Shown here in pieces: positions 58,347 through 64,000 of a DNA stretch of 64,000 nt. A program made the translations under genes and the position numbers. The notes below the pieces were generated by a model. It was given only the letters and a program-made list of their open reading frames with translations. It made no database searches and was not told where the DNA came from. This DNA comes from Macrostomum hystrix (taxonomy: Eukaryota; Animalia; Platyhelminthes). Position 1 is the stretch's first letter. Every line of letters starts with the position of its first letter. The DNA lies in the NCBI GenBank assembly GCA_950097015.1, contig CATNEN010000031.1:2914001-2978000 (forward strand), read 5' to 3'.

Positions 58347-60062
58347 TTATTTCATGCATCTTCACAGTTGAAATAAAAAAATGCGTTATAAGCTGAGAAG
58401 ACAAGCATGTTATGCTTACAATTTTACTAAAGTTATCTAGTAAATCACTTAATTAGCAACTACTGGTACTACCAGTGATTTATTTGACAAATAATAGAGA
58501 ACTTCTGTTTTATATATTATTTTTCTTTAGGAACAAAATGTATAAGCTGCAAAATGAAAAGTAAGAATGGAGCTAAATGTAGTTTTATCTATTGATTTGT
58601 GGTAACTTTTTTTTCGATGAAATCGGATATTTTGACTTCCTAGAAAATAAAAATGCCGAGACACACTAACATTAAAACATAAAAAAGTTCGCTGCCCAAA
58701 GTTGTCTCTTTCTAATACACACGAAAAATAAAAATTATTTAAATAAAAGAACTATAAAAGCTTTTTTTGTGTATTCTATTTGCAACACTTCTATATAAAA
58801 ATCTATCTAACGTGTGTAACCTGGAGTATGATGAGAGTGCTTCAAAGCACTAAATAGGCAAGCTTAGAATTAACTTTTATAAAATGACTATGGATATAGC
58901 ACGAATATTTGCATCTAAATTGCACGATTTTTTTCATATGGAATCAAATTTAACCTTCTGTAATAAAAAAAAAGATCCACAAAATACGTAATACGTTTTT
59001 AATAATACATTTAACGTAAGAATAACATTTACGCATAGTCCATGAATCAAGCACTCATATAGGACTCACTGAGTAATGCAGACAGAATTATATTTTTGTT
59101 ACTTGCACTTGGTTTTAGACGAGTGTTGAGCGTTTTCTTGAATATAGTAGAAAAACTGTAAGACAAATGGAGTGCAATCAGATTAGTGTAACAATAGGGG
59201 CAGTGGAAACAATAGAATTACTGTGACTGCAATCCAGAACTTAATAGCAATCGGACAATAAAACTAAATACATAGAAGCAATCTGATAGTTTAGATTGTA
59301 CCGTCTTAAAAAACAAACTTCTGGAATGCCTACAAATAAAAACCATAAACACAGAAACTTTAAATTTTAATAACCAAAACTGTCTCAGTTCACTGATTTA
59401 CACTGTGCAGCTACGCACTAGTATAAATTTGTTACTTTTATAGCAAAAGCAAGTAAAAACCAATGGACGGCAGACATGCGATTCCTGCTTCAACACATAA
59501 GCAATTTAAGAGAATAGCTCTTAAGCTTATCTACACTAGCCGTAAATAGAAACTAGATAGACTGAAAGAAAAACGATTACTAAATTTGCCATCAAAACAA
59601 GACAAAGAATGATACAGCGTTTTTAACAGTTCCAGGATTGGTTTTTTAGTGGGAGGGAATGCAATACTAATTGGAATGGGCATGAGTTTAGCAAATCGGT
59701 GACGAAAAGCAAATTGTAATAATAATTAAACTGTATATTAAATACAAGTGTACGTCTGTAGTTATTTTACTACCAGCTAATTTATGATCACTCGACTAAT
59801 TTCATATCTTTGTAAGACTAAGAGAAAAACAACAAATCCTTAAACTTTCTAGATGACACGAAGTCTAAGAAAACCAGGCCATTTAAAGAATTCTTAAAGA
59901 GTTTTGTTTTATCATAAACATCTAGAATTTGAAGAAATCTTGACCAAAGACTAAGTACAGAAAGTGAGAGCACTTTCGAATTAATTTTATAATTCGTGTA
60001 ACAAAAAAGTCTGCTGGAAAGTCCCGCTTTCTATTCAATTTAACAATGCAAAGTTAACTCGA

Positions 60063-63000
60063 TCAACTGTCATTTTGTCTGCCGTTTCCACGGCCGTTGT
60101 TGCTGCGCGCTGAATCAGGTGGCGGCCTGTCCTGCCGCATTGCCAGGTAGGCGTCCCGGTCCAGGCTAGCCAGCTGGCGCGACAGGCCTGTGTCAGTCAG
60201 CCAGCGATTGAATCGCTGCTGAACCGCTTCCGTTAGCTGACGGCGCTGGCCGGGCGTGAGGCGGCATCGGCTGACCAGCTCCTGGAATTGCCGCTTCCTC
60301 TCTAGGCGCTCCTGCGATAAGCGTGTTGAAATGTATAAAAAAACTCATGACTTCTATCATTTTAGGTAAACGGCAGGAGTAACTATAAACACAGTTACAT
60401 AATAAAATGCCTCGTCATCTAATTATTAATCCGACAATTCAGACGCCCTCCACATTCAGACTTTTTCATTTCTCCGACAGACGACAGGGTAGCTATAAGG
60501 TACTATTTTTGTAATATATAAAATAATAATTGATTACACCTGCCCCAATCGGGCCAGATGCACAGCCGCAGCTATTGCGTGGGTTTGGCGCCACACCCAC
60601 TCTCAATAACCACAGCTGATGCTACCAATGGATTCAGGAATTGAACCCCCGACCTTCAAGCCGTCCTGCTAGGCTACAGTTCCCCTACAACTCACACAGA
60701 GCCTAATGCTCAAATACGCAGAGGCCACATTAACTTGGTGCCGCAGTTGCGCAGAAAAGTCAGCAGCACAGCAACGCATACCTGTACAGCCTCCTCGTAC
60801 TCAGGCGGCAGGTCCAGGCAGGTTAGCTCCGTCTCCTCGCTCTCGCCGAATTGAAACGGCACGGACATTGGAAAAAAGTCGGCCGGATGCATCGGCCGCC
60901 AGATGCTGGCCGCGGTGACGGAGTGGCCGTCAACGGTGGCGCCAGCCAGCAGGTGCGGCCTATTGTAGGCGCCTGGAGCCAGGGCTTTGTTGAGCTTGCT
61001 TAGACGGAGGCAGCGGCCCAGCTGGGGGAAGCTGGCGTGATGCGGCGCCAGCAGCAGCGACTCGCAGCCGGGCCCCAGCACCGGCTGGTTGGGCGTCATC
61101 ACGTGCAGGGTGCAGCGAACCGACCGGCTAACGCAGAGCCGGCGACAGGCGGCAACAACTACGCAGTCGGCGCACTGGTCAACCAGGAGGGTGCCGGAGC
61201 AGGCGCCCAGCAGGATCAGGGAGCGGGAGCACTTGTGCAGTGAGGCGCTGCGTAGCGGTGTCAGCAAGTACAGAGCCGAGTCGCTGCAGCGCCAGGCTAG
61301 GAGGCTGGCCTGTTGGCGCGGGAAAATGCGCCGATTTGCTGTGATGTTAGTTAATGCCAGAGGCCAGGAGTTCGAATCTCAGTCTGAGGCAAGATTCTTA
61401 TATCTAATAGTTCAGAGATGACTGAAAATTACTCAGCGACTATAGATCAAAAGTAGAAGCTTAGAGCTCAGTGGTCAAAGCTTGGAAGGCATTTTGAAAC
61501 CAAATTACTAAACAGACTAAACTAACAAATAAAATCGACAAGCAAAAAACTAGCTCGCAAAAAATAGACTAGCAAATCTAATAGGTAACTAACTCATGAC
61601 TACAAAAAAGAATTATTAATTTCTAAACTAAAAGTTTTTTCAAGTTAAACTAGCTCAACTTATCGGAATAATTCACCAACAATGTTATAAAAATAATGAT
61701 ATTAATTGCAGGGGGCTGCGGGCAATGGCACTTAATTTGGTGACACTAGACCCGCAGCCAGCGAGGAGGCAATTCTGCCCATCTCGCTGACTCCTGAGCA
61801 CACACTCTCACAGGTGTGCCTTGGAGGTTGGCCCTCAAGGGCACGAAATTGCACGACAAGCCCCCAAGCCTTCTCTCCGCGACTGCACCACAAATGAGTG
61901 TGGCCTCACCGCTGAATCGAGCTCAGGACCTTGGTGCAAGAGGCAAACACGTTAGACCGCTCTGCCAACGACCCTCCAGCCAACAATGTTACTAAACTAC
62001 GAGCCCCAGCTGGGCCACAAAAATCTCACCTGATCGCAGGTGTGGCCGCCCGCACGGCAGACAGTTTCCCTAGAGACGGCGTTCAACAATACCAGCTTGT
62101 CGGATGGCGCCGCCGCCTTCTCGGCGTTGCTGCAGACTCGACCGCGCGGCTTCGGCGCGTCAGAATACAGAGGCCAGCAGATCCGAGTGGAGCTGGCCAT
62201 CATGGCCTGGACGCCAAGCGGATTCTGGCCCAGATTGGCCAGTATCCAGGTGGCCAAAGGCCGGCAGGCGAAGCTGCGCGACAGCTTGCTGTACCCGCTG
62301 CTGGCTGCGAGGCGCGGCTGCGAGCCCAGCTCCTGCGGCGGAAAATAGGGGCGTCGAATTTATTGGTTTTTGTGATTCTACCTGACTTTGTACCTTATAC
62401 TCCTGGATCCTGCCGGATTCTCTCGATTACTCCTAGATTCTCCTAGATTCTCCTAGATTCTCCTGGATTCTTCTAGATTCTCCTAGATTATCCTGGATTC
62501 CCTTGGATTCTATTGGATTCTCCTAGATTCTCCTAGATTCTCTTGGATTCTCCTAGATTCTCTTGGATTCTCCTATATTCTCCTATATTCTCCTGGATTC
62601 TCTTAGATTCTCCTGGATTTTCTTGATTACTCCTAGATTCTCCTAGATTCTCCTGGATTTTCTTGGATTCTCTTGGATTGTCCTGGATTCTCATGGATTC
62701 TCTTGGATTGTCCTGGATTCTCTTGGATTGTCCTGGATTCTCTTGGATTGTCCTGGATTCTCCAAGATTCTCCCAGATTCTGCCTTTTACCTAAGTTACT
62801 GACTGATCTACTGACATTAGCAAGCAAATATTCTGAAAGAAATGAACAATAAATATTGAAATCGCAGACCTGGACGGTGCGCACTGTACGGCCGCCATCG
62901 TCGGAGCCGGCCAGCAGGAGGCGCAGAGCATCGGCGGCCTCCCTGGACAGCTGAGAATTGTCGCTGTAGGCGTCCGACTCCACTAGCAGGTCTAGCAGTT

Positions 63001-64000
63001 CGCGCAGATTCTCCTGCACAAATGCCATGTGAGTCTGCTCGTCCTGGCTTTTGGCAGCCGACGAGGCTGTGAGGGAGGCGGCCAAACTGCCGCCTTGGCT
63101 GAAGTCGCCGGATTCGCCCTCCGATCTGGGCCACTCGGCGCTGGTCGTCTGGTGACTGCGGCGCGGATTTTCCACGGATACGCTTGTAGCTGATTTGCTG
63201 TTTTGAAATCTCTCGCTAATCTTCCTTGCTTGTCAATCCGGACGCCTTCATCTCACTCCTCATGCCTTCATCTCACTCCTCATGCCTTTATCTCACTCCT
63301 CATGCCTTTATCTCACTCCTCATGCCTTTATCTCACTCCTCATGCCTTCATCTCACTCCTCATGCCTTCATCTCACTCCTCATGCCTTCATCTCACTCCT
63401 CATGCCTTCATCTCACTCCACATGCCTTCATCTCACTCCTCATGCCTTTATCTCACTCTTCATGCCTTCATCTCACTCCTCATGCCTTCATCTCACACCT
63501 TATGCCTTCACCTCACCTTTTATGGCTACATTTAAAAGACAAATACAAGGTATTTCTTCTCACCTACGCCTTAGATTAATGCTATTAATCTTCTGCATGT
63601 ACAGGAAGATGACAAAGGTGAACAGGTCCACGCTCTGCTGGTTGCGCACAGCCTCCTGGGCAGATCCTGGAGCCTCCTCGTGCAGCCGGCACTCTAGCTC
63701 GCTCAGCCGGTCCTGGTTAGTGCCGCAGGTCATCAGGCAGGCGTGGAACACGAGCCAGGCCACATCCGGCCCGGTGGCCAGGTGCTCCATTGCAAACAGT
63801 CGCCAGACGGGAAATGTTAGCTGGGGAAATCCGCTTGCGCCTTTGCTCCGCGCGTGCAGCACAAGCTTGCGCAGGTGCTTGGGTGTCAGCCGCTGGCAGG
63901 GGCTGACTGGGAACACGGCGAATGTCAACGGCTCGAAGCGCACCCAGAAACTAATAGAAGATTTGCCGCCGCCGGTTGCCGACAAAGTCGACGCCGCGGT
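60063..64000 (-). CDS. TBCCD1: TBCC-domain-containing protein 1, 5'-truncated by the window edge
   Basis: Exons >64000-63564, 63197-62870 (acceptor at 63183 also in phase), 62332-62030, 61309-60782, 60311-60063. FWVRFEP, SVDLFTFVIFLYMQKIN, YLLTPLRS and the TBCC beta-helix region, and QQRFNRWLTDTG match TBCCD1 as recalled. Confidence 0.88.
60540..60690 (-). mobile_element. SINE family 2, internally deleted copy in a TBCCD1 intron
   Basis: gaattgaacccccgaccttcaag and cacagccgcagctattgc are shared with the other copies. Confidence 0.6.
61707..61976 (-). mobile_element. SINE family 1, internally deleted copy in a TBCCD1 intron
   Basis: Homologous to 873-1205 and 22633-22982. Confidence 0.72.
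62425..62780. repeat. 10-bp repeat TTCTCCTAGA and variants in a TBCCD1 intron
   Basis: Seen directly. Confidence 0.9.
63240..63515. repeat. 20-bp minisatellite in a TBCCD1 intron
   Basis: Unit gcctt(c/t)atctcactcctcat. Confidence 0.92.

Noticed and set aside
1-64000. A spliced-leader RNA gene
   Set aside because: No ATG|GT exon followed by an Sm site and hairpins was recognised by eye; the SL hypothesis relies on genes elsewhere in the genome.

Overview
Eukaryotic (animal) genomic DNA with GC-rich exons, AT-rich intergenic DNA and GT-AG introns that are often filled by locus-specific minisatellites. The gene content and architecture suggest a free-living flatworm such as Macrostomum; this is inference, not a database result. 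Spliced gene models were built by hand with splice phases checked: the 5' part of a secreted CAP/SCP-domain gene (-, cut by the window edge), an equilibrative nucleoside transporter (-, 4 exons), a universal stress protein (-, 2 exons), a four-EF-hand calmodulin-like protein (+, 6 exons), two tandem TMEM218-like ORFs (-), DDX46/Prp5 (-, 8 exons), a CTDSP/SCP phosphatase (-, 5 exons) and TBCCD1 (-, 5' end outside the window). Mobile DNA includes a complete, very young Ty3/Gypsy LTR retrotransposon with identical 177-bp LTRs inserted in a satellite, a full-length DD34D mariner, two tRNA-derived SINE families, nested MITEs and about 20 tandem arrays. Most interesting leads: (1) two tandem TMEM218 paralogs that both begin at phase-0 splice acceptors, one with no usable start codon, as expected if an AUG-ending spliced leader supplies the initiator; (2) a candidate stop-containing poison exon in DDX46; (3) a gag-pol -1 frameshift signal with an H-type pseudoknot; (4) duplicated histone-stem-loop-like elements inside the ENT intron; (5) RFX X-boxes in a neighbourhood with several cilia-related genes.
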